This document shows positions 29,830-43,300 of a stretch of DNA of 64,000 bases, one piece after another; the first letter of the stretch is position 1; every line of letters begins with the position of its first letter. The notes beneath the pieces are model-generated. The model was not told the DNA's origin. It did not search any database and saw nothing but the letters and a program-made list of their open reading frames with translations. The translations under genes and the position numbers were made by a program. The DNA lies in the NCBI RefSeq assembly GCF_035594765.1, contig NW_026943826.1, forward strand, positions 13,495,325 to 13,559,324, written 5' to 3'. The DNA comes from Anolis carolinensis. Its lineage: Eukaryota.

Positions 29830-31190
29830 GGATTTGGTTCAGGCCCATCATTCGTAGAGGTTGTGGGTGGACTACAACTCCCAAGTCTCCTCAAACTTCT
29901 CCAGTAGGTTGAGTTACTCGTGGGGGTTCTGTGTGACAAGTTTGGTCCAGGTCCATCATCCATGAAGATAACAGGATCCCTGGTTGTGAGTGAACTACAA
30001 CTCCCACTCTGGTGAGTCAGTTCCCACCAAACCCTTCCAGTAGGTTGAGTTACTCATGGGGGTTCTGTGTGACATGTTTGGTCCAGGTCCATCATTGGTG
30101 GAGGTCACAGGATCCCTGGTTGTGAGTGAACTACAACTCCCACTCTGGTGAGTCAGTCTCCTCAAACTCCTCCAGTAGGTTGAGTGGGTCATGGAGGTTC
30201 TGTGTGCCAAGTGAGTTCCAGGTCCATCACTGGTGGAGTGCAGAGTGCCCTTAGGTTGCAGGTGAACTATACATCCCAGTACCTACAACTCCTATAAATC
30301 ATGAGTTCTCCCCAAAGCTCTCTAGTGTGTCCAGTTGCCAATCAATTCCTCTGTTTACTGTGTTAAGGGAGGGGCAGTGGGCGGAGACATGCAAATTCCA
30401 CACCAATGATGAGAGTCAAAAACACTGGGATGCCTGTGGTGGAGGAAACACAGAATTTTGGAGGAAATGGCCTTCACTTGGGTGGTAGGCAGTGTGGTGT
30501 CTGTGGAGGACATTGGCCGGGCTCTTAGATACGTTCACGGTGCTCACCATAACCTGCAATGCCATTGGAGGGAGGGCTATTGGTGTCTCCTGAGCCCTGG
30601 GAGCTATAGTAAGTACACTAGGGTGTCTGGGGTGGAGGAAAAACAGAAAATCTAGGAGGAAATGGTCCCTGGACATATTCACGGCGCTCACCATAACCTG
30701 CAATGTCATTGGAGGGAGGGCCATTGGTGTCTCCCGAGCACTGGGAGCTGTAGTAAGTACACTGGGGTGTCTGGGGTGGAGGAAAAACAGAAAATCTAGG
30801 AGGAAATGGTCCCTGGACATATTCACGGCGTTCACCATAACCTGCAATGTCATTGGAGAGAGGGCCATTGGTGTCTCCCGAGCACTGGGAGCTGTAGTAA
30901 GTACACTGGGGTGTCTGGGGTGGAGGAAAAACAAAAAATCTAGGAGGAAATGGTCCCCGGACATATTCATGGTGCTCACCATAACCTGCAATGTTATTGG
31001 AGGGAGGGCCATTGGTGTCTCCCGAGCACTGGGAGCTGTAGTAAGTACACTGGGGTGTCTGGGGTGGAGGAAAACAAGAAAATCTAGGATTTTCTGCAAT
31101 GTCATTGAAGAGAGAGCCATTGGTGTCTTCTGAGTAGTGGGAGACATAGCTCTTTGTGCAAGTGGGAGCTTATCTGTGGACCACACACGT
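29830..31190. repeat. Interspersed repeat with internal tandem duplications (~130-bp and 150-bp units)
   Basis: Three copies of the ACTACAACTCCC..CCAGTAGGTTGAG unit, then about 4.5 copies of a 150-bp unit (30530-31130). Confidence 0.75.
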
Positions 31191-31909
31191 ACATATACTT
31201 TTATTTTATATATACATATATTTATAATATTATAATATAATATAATGCACTGCATTTCCATGTTTTTATGAGAGGACCAATTAGGACACGGCCTTGATAA
31301 CCCAGTAATCAAAACCGTGTCATATAGTGCAATATATTATAATAATATTATAATATAGTACAATTATAATATAACATGATATTAAATCAAATCAAATTAT
31401 GGTAATATAATAATGAACATAATTATTATAAGGACATAATCCAAATATAACATAGTATAATGTGTTGCAAAATCCCGGGGTTGCACCTCATTGTGTTGCG
31501 TGGAAGCCGGTTGTTGGGTGTCCCGAGTTCGGGGGCGTTTGCAAACAAGTGGGAAAATCACAACAAACCAACCCCGCCGAATGGTGGAACTGCTTAAACC
31601 GGATTGCCTGATAAAGATCCAGCTGAAAAATACACGGAAACTGGATCCGAAAACCTGTGTTGTAACTCGGGAGGAAGCTCACCCGAAAACCTCGAGCCCA
31701 CGTCACCAGTTTTTTAATTGGTTTCTAAAGACAGATGAGATAATAGAGATGTGCGATGCATTAAAAATAGTACAAAACTAGGGGGGCGCTGATACTCGCT
31801 TCTAATGTGTTTATAAAGTATAGTTTGCGAAAAATTCATTACTATGGCGAGAGTAACGAAATTTTGTTACTATTTTTGTTGTGGTGATTGCACATAATTA
31901 ACTATAATT

Positions 31910-33420
31910 TACTAAAGACTAAAGACATCCAAAGCACATACGACTTTCAGCACAGCTAGCTACTAAGACCACATACAAATTATTTGTTTGTACGAATCTA
32001 ATGAAATACTAATGACATACAAAGCACATATGACTTTTTGCACAACCCTACTAGCTACTAAGACGACATGGAAATGATTTGTATGTACGAATCTAACGAA
32101 ATACTAACAACATGTGAAGCACACATGACTTTCTCCACAGCCCTACTAGCTACTAAGACCACATACAAATGATTTGTTTGTACGAATCTAATGAAATACT
32201 AATGACATCCGAAGCACATACAACTTTCTGCACAGCCCTACTAGCTACTAAGACGACATGCAAATGATTCGCATGTACGAATCTACCAAAATATTAACAA
32301 CATCCGAAGCACATAGTTACTAAGACCACGTAAAAATGATTCATATGTATGAATCTAACAAAATACTAACGACATCCGAAGCACATACAACTTTCTCCAC
32401 AGCCCTACTAACTACTAAGACCACATGCAAATGATTCGTATGTATGAATCTAAAAAAATACTAACGACATCCGAAGCACATACAACTTTCTCCACAGCCC
32501 TACTAGCTACTAAGACCACATGCAAATGATTTGTTTGAACGAATCTAATGAAATACTAATGACATCCGAAGCACACATGACCTTCTGCACAGCCCTACTA
32601 GCTACTAAGACCACATGCAAATGATTCGTACATACGAATCTAACGAAATAATAATGATATCCGAAGCACATACAACTTTCTGCACAGCCCTACTAGCTAC
32701 TAAGACCACACGCAAATGGTTTGTATGTACGAATCTAACGAAATACTAATAACATCTGAAGCACATATAACTTTCTGCACAGCCCTACTAGCTACTAAGA
32801 CCACATGCAAATGATTCGCATGTACAAATCTACCAAAATATTAACAACATCCGAAGCACATAGTTACTAAGACCACGTAAAAATGATTCATTCGTATGAA
32901 TCCAACGAAATACAGATGATATCCGAAGCACGTACGACTTTCTGCACAGCCCTACTAGCTACTAAGACCACATGCAAATGATTTATATGTACGAATCTAA
33001 CAAAATACAAACAACATACGAAGCACACATGACTTTCTGCACAGCCCTACTAGCTACTAAGACCACATGCAAATGATTTGAAACTACTAACGACATCCGA
33101 AGCACATACAACTTTAGCACAGCCCTACTAGCGACTAAGACGACATGCAAATGATTCGTACGTACAAATCTAACGAAATACTAATGACATCAGAAGTACA
33201 TACGACTTTCTGAACGGCCCTACTAGCTACTAAGACCACGTGCAAATGATTTGAAAATACTAACGACATCCGAAGCACATACGACTTTAGCATAGCCCTA
33301 CTAACTACTAAGGCCACATGCAAATGATTCCAATGTACAAATCTAATTAAATACTAATGACATCCAAAGCATATATGACTTTAACACAGCCCTGTTAGCT
33401 ACTAAGACCACATACAAATA
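31910..33420. repeat. ~95-bp minisatellite between the esterase paralogs
   Basis: Unit ACGAATCTAACGAAATACTAAYGACATCCGAAGCACATACRACTTTCTGCACAGCCCTACTAGCTACTAAGACCACATGCAAATGATT. Confidence 0.95.
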
Positions 33421-33964
33421 CTTTCAAAGTACGCCTCTAGTTTGGATTGCGCTGCAACAGCTGAAAGGCGCAAACTCCCATCGAGTTAAAAATGTTGTGA
33501 CTAAAACGGGCGAGGAACCCCGGTTGCCACATACAAGGTGGATCAAGGAAAAACGCATTGTAAATTTGCATGAGGCTCAGGTCGTGAAGATAACTTGTAC
33601 GCAAGGATTCGTCATGGGAATATGATGCCAGATGAACGGATAAGGCTGTTTAGGTCGACCCCACTTGCTCAATGCAATGCAATCATGAGAGTTGTAGTTC
33701 GTACTCATTAGTGTAAACTACAACGCCCATGATAGCGTAGTATTGAGCGGTAAGGATGCTCTGGCGCTCTGTACACGCAAAATAACTGACGCCAGATTCG
33801 CTGAGCAGAGCTTGACGACTGGCACTCCGTACATGCGCAATAACTGATGTAACTGAGCGTCGTTGGACGCCTGACTCATTTATTATTCACCCCACAGCTG
33901 CGCATTCCAGAGATCCCGCTCGCAATCCCTTCTGAGTTTCAGGCAACGGAGACGAGCAAAGGCC

Positions 33965-34015
33965 TCTCTTCTTCTTCTTCTTCTTCTTCTTCTTCTTCTT
34001 CTTCTTCTTCTTCTT
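33965..34015. repeat. (CTT)n microsatellite
   Basis: About 15 CTT units. Confidence 0.95.
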
Positions 34016-34194
34016 TCTTAAGGCATGTTGTCGTGCTTCAAAGGGTTTCTATAACAACAACACACTTGCGCAAACTTAGCTGAGCACAAGCAGTCACCTT
34101 GCTGAGCCGTATCTATCGAGCGGCTTTGCTTCTCACTCAAAAGATTTCAAGGTGGGATGGAAATAAATCTGCCTGCCTGTACGTCAAGGGCCGT

Positions 34195-34700
34195 AGCTAG
34201 GTGAAGTGGCCCTTCGCGCTGTCACTGGGTTGGTCATTGCTAGGTGAAGTGGCCCTTCACCAACATCACCTGGGAAGAAAAGTGACACTTGTACGATATG
34301 AGAGAAGCAAAGAGCCACAAAGAGAGCCGCGTTGCTAAGGAGACGTTGTGAAGTAGGTGAAGTGGCCCTTTACAGTGTCACTGAGTTGGTCATTGCTAGG
34401 TGAAGTGGCCCTTCACCAACATCACCTGGGAAGAAATGTGAGACTTGTATGATATGAGAGAAGCAAAGTGCCACAAAGAGAGCCGCATTGCCAAGGAGAC
34501 GTTGTGAAGTAGGTGAAGTGGTCCTTTACAGTGTCACTGGGTTGGTCATTGCTAGGTGAAGTGGCCCTTCACAACATCACCTGGGAAGAAAAGTGACACT
34601 TGTATGATATGAGAGAAGCAAAGAGCCACAAAGAGCTGTGTTGCTAAGGAGACGTTGTGAAGTAGGTGAGGGGCTGGCTATTGCTAGGTGAAGTGGCCCT
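34195..34700. repeat. ~155-bp tandem triplication
   Basis: GCTAGGTGAAGTGGCCCTTCACCAACATCACCTGGGAAGAAA...GTTGCTAAGGAGACGTTGTGAAG repeated three times. Confidence 0.9.
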
Positions 34701-34905
34701 CTGGGACGTCATGAGGGAAAGAAAGATGACACAGGAGTGATAGGATTTGGCATTGAACTTCCCCAGAATGACAGTCTTGGTATTTCTATTTCATGTTATA
34801 ATGTTTGGATCTAACCGAATACTACGTCTCCGACTACGTTCCTTTTACGCCGACGGAGGGACCGTCAGGACTTCCCGGACTTCCTCACCGTCGGCCTATT
34901 GAACG

Positions 34906-37900
34906 TTACAACCCTTCCAAGAAGAGCACCACGTGTTGCAAACTACGCCGCGCGTTGGGGAACTCGAGCAACCCAAAGTCGATGGTGGACGTCATTCCGT
35001 GGACGCCGTCCTCGATGTGGTGCCACGTGACCGGCACGCCGTTGTCGAGCAGGCGCTTCCGGTACAGAATCCCGTCGTCCCGGAGGATGTCGTACTCCGA
35101 GGTTACGAGGAGCGTCTCCGGGAGCTGGCGGATGACGTTGTCTTCGGCCAGGAGCGGCGAAAAGAGACTGTCCAAGCCTTTCTTCAGCGACTCGTACTGC
35201 TCGTTGGAAAACGGAGCGGGCTCCACCGGCCGGTAGCCCCGGGCCTTGAACTCGTCCGGGACGTGGTCCGCGCTCACCCACTTGCTGTACTTCGCCCGCA
35301 GATCCTCCGGGATGTGGTTTCCACTGATAATTCCTTCCACGTCGATGGCTTTCCCGGTGAGATACATGGTGCCATGCGTGAGGGTGAATTTCCGAAACAA
35401 GGGCGGAACGGAGCCGTTCTGCTGATACGACGGCAAGTTGAAATCGACGGCTTGGAGATACGGGTACAAGAGGATCTGAGCCCGGAGTTTTGGGAGGAGC
35501 CGCTTTCCCGCCAGGACCTGGCACACGGCCGCCGAAAACGAGGCCCCGCTGCTCTCCCCCCCGATGCTGATACGGGCCGGGTCCACGCCGTAGTCCGCCG
35601 CGTTCTTCAAAAAGTGTTCGGTCGCGACGCAACAGTCCTGGATTTGGGCCGGGCACGGATGCTCCGGGGCGAGGCGGAAACTGAAACGATAAAGACAACG
35701 CTGCCCATTATGTCTATCCCGCTTTATCGTTCCATGCGGAGACTCACAATCAAAAACATTGCGCCTTAAAATATACAATAAAATAGTATATCATTATATA
35801 CTGTATATACGCGAGTATAAGCCAAGTTTTTCAGCCCTTATACTTGGGTGAGGGTCCTGGTTGGCTTATATTTGGGTCGGCTTAGACTTGAGTATAGATC
35901 AGTGATGGCCAACCTATGCCACGCGTGTCAGCACTGACGCGCCTAGCCATTTTTGCTGACACGCTGCCGCATGCAGATTGATTGGATGACTAATGTCTTT
36001 TGTGGCCAAATTTGGTGTGATTTGGTCCAGTGGTTTTGTTGTTTACTCCATGGGAATTATGCACATTACATTTATTTTATATATATAAAAGGGTAATGAA
36101 ATTTCGGCCTAGGACAAAACAACAAAACTACACATCCCAGAAACACTAAACTTGGCAGCACAACCCATCATCCATGCCTCTAGGTTCATACAACAAAAAA
36201 GCTCCAGCTACTCCAGAAAACGGCCAGGCTTTGAGACTGCAAGGCTATTCACTGCTATTCCACCTGGCCAACAAAGGATTCCCATAAGCCACAGCAACAC
36301 GTGGCTGGGCAAAGCTAATATATATATATATATATCATTCTATTATTATTCTATTATTATTGTAGTATATTATTATGTTACTATTATATTATTATTATTA
36401 TTATATTATTCATGACTACATTGAAACTACAATAGAGAGAAATCAGCGTGGAAACTGCAAGAGGTACCATAGATTGTTGTACATGGAAATAATGGCAGTC
36501 AATAGTTTTTGATTTATTAAATACAGTTATATATTACAATTCTATATTTTTGTTATTTAAACTATATATATTGTGAAATTATGTTTTTTTTCCTCTCAAA
36601 GTGACACACCACCCAAGTCAAGTTTTTTGGTGAATTTTGACACACCAGGCGCAAAAGGTTGCCCATCGTTGGTATAGTTATTATTTTACTCTATTAGTTA
36701 TTGTTATTACATTTATTATTTTACTCTATAACTTTTGTTAGTATAACATTTATAGTAATATAAACAGTTTGTTGGAACAGAAAACAGAATGGCGTAACAG
36801 CACGTGACAATTCTTGTCCCGAATCCTACGTGTCCTGTTTCTAAACAACTCGAGTGAAATGACTTACCCAACGTTCACAACCACGGTGTTACTTTCCCGG
36901 GCGATATAACGGCTCATCCTCTCGTATGCCTCTGAAAAACAAATAATTTGTCGCTGATGGTATTATTTGTTGCATTTCGTAACTGTTTCAATAATCAGTT
37001 GGTCCTGGCATAGAAGTGGGATGGAATATTTAACCTATTAATACCTAGGGACCAGTGACTCATGTTGGGATGCTGGCATAGAAGTGGAATGGACCCATTG
37101 CATGAAAAAAGGCGACAAGAATATTGTGATATTGTGAGACATCGAAGGTATCTAACTCCTTAATAGCTAGGGACGGATGATTCATGTTGTGGAATCAGAC
37201 CCATGGTGGGATGTACACGTTGTCATGTAACAGGGACTGTCGCCAAAATGATGGTCCAAACGCAATGCCTCGCGTAATAAAGTCCCAAGTGTTACGACGG
37301 TATGTTGTAGGCTCCTTTTGCAGAACTTACGGATACTTCCGCACAGCCCAAACCCTCCGGGAACGACCACCATTCCTCTCGCATTCCCAGCAGGCAGCGT
37401 CCGGGGCCAGTAGACCCTCACGTTCACCCCGTCGAAATCCAGGTCTTTCGTGATCAGCGCCGAACTCTTCCTCGGAGCGATGCCTTTGAAGAAGAGTCTC
37501 CAGGCTTCGTAACGGTGACAGAGGCCCACCTTTTCCAGAAACACCGCCTGTTCAGAAGAAGATTTCACAGCACGTTACTATCGATTAGGGATGAGCATAG
37601 TTTCGTTCTCAATTCGTACTTCGGATCCAATTCGTTAAATTCGAAATTATGCATACCCTTACTCTTCATGGCCAGTATAACGAAGTTTAAGATTTCACAG
37701 CACGTTACTATCGATTAGGGATGTGTATAGTTTCGTTCTCAATTCGTACTTCATTAAATTCGAAATTATGCATATCTGTACTCTTCATGGCCAGTATAAC
37801 AAAGTTTAAGATTTCACAGCACGTTACTATCGATTAGGGATGTGCATAGTTTCGTTCTCAATTCGTACTTTGGATCGAATTTGTTAAATTCGAAATTATA

Positions 37901-38526
37901 CATATCCTTACTATTCATGAACAGTTTAACGAAGTTTAAGATTTCACAGCACGTTACTATCGATTAGGGATGTGCATAGTTTCGTTCTCAATTCGTACTT
38001 CGGATCGAATTTGTTAAATTCGAAATTATGCATACCCTTACTATTCATGGCCAATATAACAAAGTTTCTAGAGTAAATAGAACAACTACTTTCAGAGTAA
38101 GAACTGCACAATTAAACAAGGAACAGATATTATTAGTTAAGGGGGTCTCAAAGTGGTATAATTCTACAGTGCGGACATAACCCCCTTTGTTCTCTGTTCC
38201 TCCTGATCCTGGGCTCACCAGTTGATCGGCGTGACTCTTATGTGATGCTTGTTTTGCATACTTCTCGTCTAAGCAATTAGGACAATCCTCACGTTGGAAA
38301 TAAATCAACAGAGGAGGAAAGGAGAATCGTGACAAAAACCCAGGTTGCTTACCAATCGACGTGCGAAATGCATGCCGACCGTCAAAACGAGGAGTTTCCT
38401 TGATGGGTTGATTTCCGCCGGGATGTGAGTCCTGGTCCTAAGGTAATGAACCGCCCTCCCGAAGTAGAAACAGAGGACAGAAACGCTCAGGTAGAGGAGC
38501 AGCCACAGTGCCGAGAGCCCTTCCAT
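34906..38526 (-). CDS. Arylacetamide deacetylase-like 3/4 family esterase, paralog B (409 aa)
   Basis: Exons 38526-38353, 37547-37331, 36931-36868, 35680-34906 (174+217+64+775 nt), same phases as paralog A. FRLAPEH, GESSG, DFNLPSYQQN, EYDILRDDG, DGVHG. Confidence 0.92.
35900..36671. mobile_element. Nonautonomous hAT element containing a nested Helitron (36078-36318)
   Basis: TIRs CAGTGATGGCCAACCT / AGGTTGCCCATCGTTG; 8-bp TSD GTATAGAT / GTATAGTT (7/8 match). Confidence 0.8.
37558..38070. repeat. ~125-bp tandem repeat abutting the esterase B exon 2 acceptor
   Basis: AAGATTTCACAGCACGTTACTATCGATTAGGGATG...AAGTTT, four copies. Confidence 0.9.
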
Positions 38527-39699
38527 CCCTGCAGCCGCGAAGCCGAGGACGGCAGCTGGAGGAAGGCAGCTGTTCCGACTTGCAAGGCGGCTGTGGCTGG
38601 AGCAATATCTCGGGACACTTTCCCAGGTTGGGAAAAGAAAGCGAGATGAAAGATATCCGTTAGGAAGACGCCCTTCCCACCCACGGAAGACATTGATAAA
38701 AGGACTTTCTCCCCCCCAAAGCATGTGACAAAGCGATTCGATCCGAATCACGAGGACATCCATCTCCAGAAGCCGCATCGTGAGGTGCATCACTTCACTG
38801 ACCCAAAGTGTTTCTTGCCCCAACGAGGTAGATACGTCACAAATCCTCTCATCCTTCCCCGATTATTTTCTCCTTAGGAAAACTCTAGGAAGCAAATCCA
38901 TTGTGGGCTTTGTTTGCTTGTTTCTGCAGCCCATGGTGAAGGCACCACCACAATCATCCATCCATCCACAATCCGCCATGCCAATCATGCCCATGGTGAA
39001 GACACAATAGTCTATCCACAATCCACCATACCAATCATGCCCACAGTGAAGGAACCACCACAATAGTCCATCCACAATCCATCATGCCAATCATGCCCAT
39101 GGTGAAGACACCACAAGTCTATCCACAATCCACCACAACTATCATGCCCATGGTGAAGGCACCATCACAATCATCCATCCACAATCCGCCCATGGTGAAG
39201 GCACCACCACAATTGTCCATCCACAATCCGCCATAGGCAGGGTTCCCAGTCATATTCCTCCTCCAATCGGAATAACACTTTCAAACCAGGAGCAGAAACG
39301 TTTCCTTCGCAGATGAGGAGGAACCGGTTTGCAGCTTTGCTCCATTATCGGCAAAGTGAGCACACTCTTTCCTTGCCAATTGCAGTGCATCATCAAAACC
39401 CCACCCGATTTTTCCTCCTTCTGCGTTATTTGGGAAACAATGCCGCCTCCATCTGCAGAAGTCATTTCCATGACTGATAAGATGATGCTTCAGCCCCACC
39501 TCCGTCAAGCTCTCCTTCTGCAGCTCTTCCAAATGCAGGAAGTATTCGATTATCATGACATCCCGATAAGATTCCCCAAAATGTAGAAGTCCCATCTGTG
39601 AAATGCTGGAAAAAATTGTGTTTCTTAATATTGTCTCATATGTACAGATCTTACAAAAATAATACGACTTCTGCACAGTCCTATTGTGCATTACATTGT

Positions 39700-40180
39700 G
39701 TGGACTGTGGCACAGCTGGTTAGAAGCCAGCTGCAATAAATCACCACTGACTGAGAGAGGTCATGAGATCGAAGCCCGGGTTGGATTGATCTCCCGAACA
39801 TTAATAACCTAGCTCGCTGTTGACCTAAGCAACCCTAAAGATAGTTTTATCTGTCAAGTAGGAAATTTAGGAACTGCTTTATGTGGGGAGGGCAATTTAA
39901 CTAATTTACAACACCATAAAAACGTCCAGCAGCATGTGAAAAGGAATGAGGAAGTACTCCATCAAGGAATCAGTGTCACAAGTGGCAGCTCCCCCTTGTG
40001 GCTGGAATCGAGCATACCCTCATGAAACCGGAAGCTGGAAAATGTTAAATTGCCTTTGTGTCTGTCTATATGTCGTATATCATATGGCATTGAATGTTTG
40101 CCATGTCTATGTGTATTGCGATCTGCCCTGAGTCCCTTTCAGGGTGAGAAAGAAGGGTGGAATATAAATATGTAAGTAAA
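39700..40180 (+). mobile_element. tRNA-derived SINE (same family as 22711)
   Basis: CTGTGGCACAGCTGGTTAG...GAGATCGAAGCCCGGG head and CTGCCCTGAGTCCCTTTCAGGGTGAGAAAGAAGGG tail. Confidence 0.75.
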
Positions 40181-40333
40181 TGTTACAAAATAATACGACA
40201 TACGAAGCAATACGAAGCACACATGACTTTTGCACAATCCTAATGCGCATTTCTCGCGCATTCGAGGTGAGAACAACTACAACGATGATGCCCTTTCCCG
40301 GCGGACAAAACAAGGCTCGTTGTGGGACTTATC

Positions 40334-40349
40334 TTTATTTATCTTTATT
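40334..40349 (-). terminator. Candidate distal KCNAB2 polyA signals (3'UTR about 3.5 kb)
   Basis: Two minus-strand AATAAA at 40334-40339 and 40344-40349 ending a long repeat-poor tract after the stop; another AATAAA near 41657. Confidence 0.45.
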
Positions 40350-43300
40350 GGTTCATTCCGTAAATATAGAAGCGATCTTTTCAGTCCAGTTCTTTTGTCG
40401 AGAAGCATGGTCGGTGTGTGTGCCCAGCAGCCGGTGCCTAGAAGATAACGCAGCTAAATAGCTTGGGATTCACAGTCGGAGAAGTCGTTCCAGACATCAG
40501 TTGTCGTTGGGTTCGTCGGTTGGTTTTCTTGCGGGACATATATATATATACATATATATATACATATCATTTTTTTTAGAAAAAGGGGGGAAGCTTTGTT
40601 TTCCAATTTACATACATGGAATCCAAGAATAACAACAACAACAAGAACAAGACCAGAAGATTAAACAAGAGCGGATTCACAGATTCCTCTGGCGTCAACA
40701 AGGATTTCTAGGGTTCCCTGAATGTCGTCGTCACGAATGGCTTACGCTGCAGAGATCGGGGGTTTTTTTTTTTTTTGCAGGGATAAATAAAAGTAACGAC
40801 GATGACCGTGTTCGTTAATTTAAAAAAATAGAAGAAAACACATGGACACACTTGAATATACAGTACTGGCGCTACGATATGTGCTGTTGATGCGACTGGC
40901 GACTGACGCCGCTCAGCATCCGTTTTGCCTTGTGCTCTTTTCGCCTCCAAGCGGGAATGTGATGAAAAGGTTTTCCTCTGCCCTGAGCTATCAGAAATGA
41001 TTCTTACAATAATCTGAAAGGATTTCGCACCCCCGAAATGCCCTTTTACTACGTTCTGCCCTTAATAGCATCAGTCGCAAGAGGTCAACAATATATTTTG
41101 AGTGGATCGTGATGAGTAATTCCTCTCTATTAGGAATGTGAGCACGACGATCAACAAGTAGGAAAATTCGGGAGGTGGGACGGGGGCCAGAATTGCACCT
41201 CATCATGTATATATGTCCATCTCCTTCCATTTCCTGGAATTGAGGTCATGTCACTTCCAGTTGCCATTTTGGAGCCAATTTTCAAATTTTGGGAAGATAA
41301 ATTAAGGGGAAGCATTGGAGACTTCAACCACTATTTTTGTGCTCGTTCCATGCAAAAAAAAAAAAGGAATTGCATGACAAAAGGATGCAAAAGTAATTTT
41401 TTAAAAAAGGAATAGAGTCCCCATGTCTCAGAAATTAAGAGCTTTCAAGGACTAAATTAGGTGATGTTGGTCCAGATTGTCGGAGGGGCTAATACGATGT
41501 TGTGGTTATGCCACTTGGATTGAGCAGGACCCCACAAATTTCTTCATGGGAAAGATCGCTTTGAGGTCACTCCCTGCAAGTAACGGGAGTGCACGTGTAA
41601 CGGGGAACATGTGTTCACATGGAAATGCCCTTGAGGGATGTGCATATAATAGAGCCTTTATTCATGTGACATGACACACGTCTACAACTGGAATCGGACA
41701 AAAGGGAGGCATCGCAGCAGCAACCAGACTAGGAGGGACTCCAAATGCAGTTTCTAAAAGCTCGACACGGAAACAAGGACCAGGTTGGGTCCGTCCACAG
41801 GTATTAACGGAAAGCCACAAGAAACTGAAATTGCAAATCTATGGCTTGATGCAACGGAAGCCGACCTCCGCATAGATGCCGCTTCCCCATTCAGTCAAGC
41901 AACGTTCGGTCAAGCATCGTTGCTACGATTCCAAGGCAAATGCAAAGGGATTGCTAGTATTTTCCTTCGACTCTACTATCTCTGCCCAACAATACTACAA
42001 ATTGACTTCATCTCTTTCTTTGGGGTTCCTCTTTCTCTCTCTCCCTGTTGTACTGTTTTGAAAATCGATTTCCCTCCCATAAATGTCTGGATGCAGACAA
42101 TTGTTTAGGAAGAGCATGCGAAAGAAAGAAACCTCCCTTCTCGGGAGAAAGGATTGAGCCTCACAGGTTGCTCAAAGGATGGAAAACTGAGGAAGCTATT
42201 TCATCACATGCAAAAAAAAAAAGAGGAGAATAATGCAACGCCCTCGGATTTTTGAAAAAAATCATAAGGAATCCGTATCGGATCTGGACTAAAGTAAAGA
42301 GGGAGAGGAATAAGACAAACTGGATCTTTTAACATATGGGACAATTTGAAGATGGGGAAGACAGAGTTTATAATTTTCCTAAATTCATTCTGCGTCTCGC
42401 TAAGGCACGGTTCATGCATTTTGCAGCAATGAGCAGCCGGAGGGAGCAAACTGCTTTTCCACAGCCACTTCCTACACCCTTTGAGGCCGCTTCCTACTTC
42501 CCGGACGGGCTGTGGATCACGTTCATGATGCAACGGAAACAAAAATGCACAGGGAAGACAACGGAATTACTCTGAACAGTTACCGTAATTTGGACTACGA
42601 AACAAAACCTGGAGAAGCACCCGGTCCAGACAGGGTGACTCTCCCTAAGGAATGTCAATATGGAAACAGGATGCCTTTGTTGGAAATGCAACAGCACTCA
42701 GAGGTTACTAAACAAGAGTAGCAGTGTTATGGTCGAAGACACAAAATCTCCTCAGGTCTTATTCTAATGGCTCCGAGATCTAGACCAATATTTTTTTTCG
42801 CCCCATTTATGTTGTCAAAGGCTTTTTCTGTCTTTTAGTCCTCTTCCTCTTCTAACATCCCTATCTCCAAAAATAACTGTTTTCCACTGTTGTGATACCA
42901 CAATACTCCTTCTAAATCACGACAGGATTTCATATCGGCCTTTCTATTCCTTTCCAATCTGAATATCGTATTTTCCTTCCTTCCGCTAAGCATTTTCAAC
43001 CCGCGTCCAATTCAAACTCCTCGCTGTCCAGACTTTCCAGCTCGTAGCTGTCGTAGAATCCTAGAGTCAGAAGAGACCCCCAAGGGACATCTAGTCCAAC
43101 CCGTTTCCTTCCGACATCCTTGCAGACGTTTACAGACAAGACTGTCCTCCCTTCTCTCTCTAGAAACCGAATTATGGAAAGAACGGCTCACACCGGCTAC
43201 GGACCCTCGTAAAACTCACACGGGAGATCCTCTTGGACTCCATGTTTGTCATCCGCAAACATTTGATTTGGGAGGATTTTTTTGGGCGGGTGAGTGGTCG

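Noticed and set aside
30416-31312. 298-aa ORF with 50-aa repeats
   Set aside because: Arises from a 150-bp (multiple of 3) tandem unit inside an interspersed repeat; no domain or promoter support.
34933-35769. 278-aa plus-strand and 251-aa alternate-frame ORFs
   Set aside because: Shadow ORFs of the GC3-rich esterase B exon 4.
26005-38526. Specific symbols AADACL3 or AADACL4
   Set aside because: One-to-one orthology cannot be determined without a phylogeny, so symbols were left blank.
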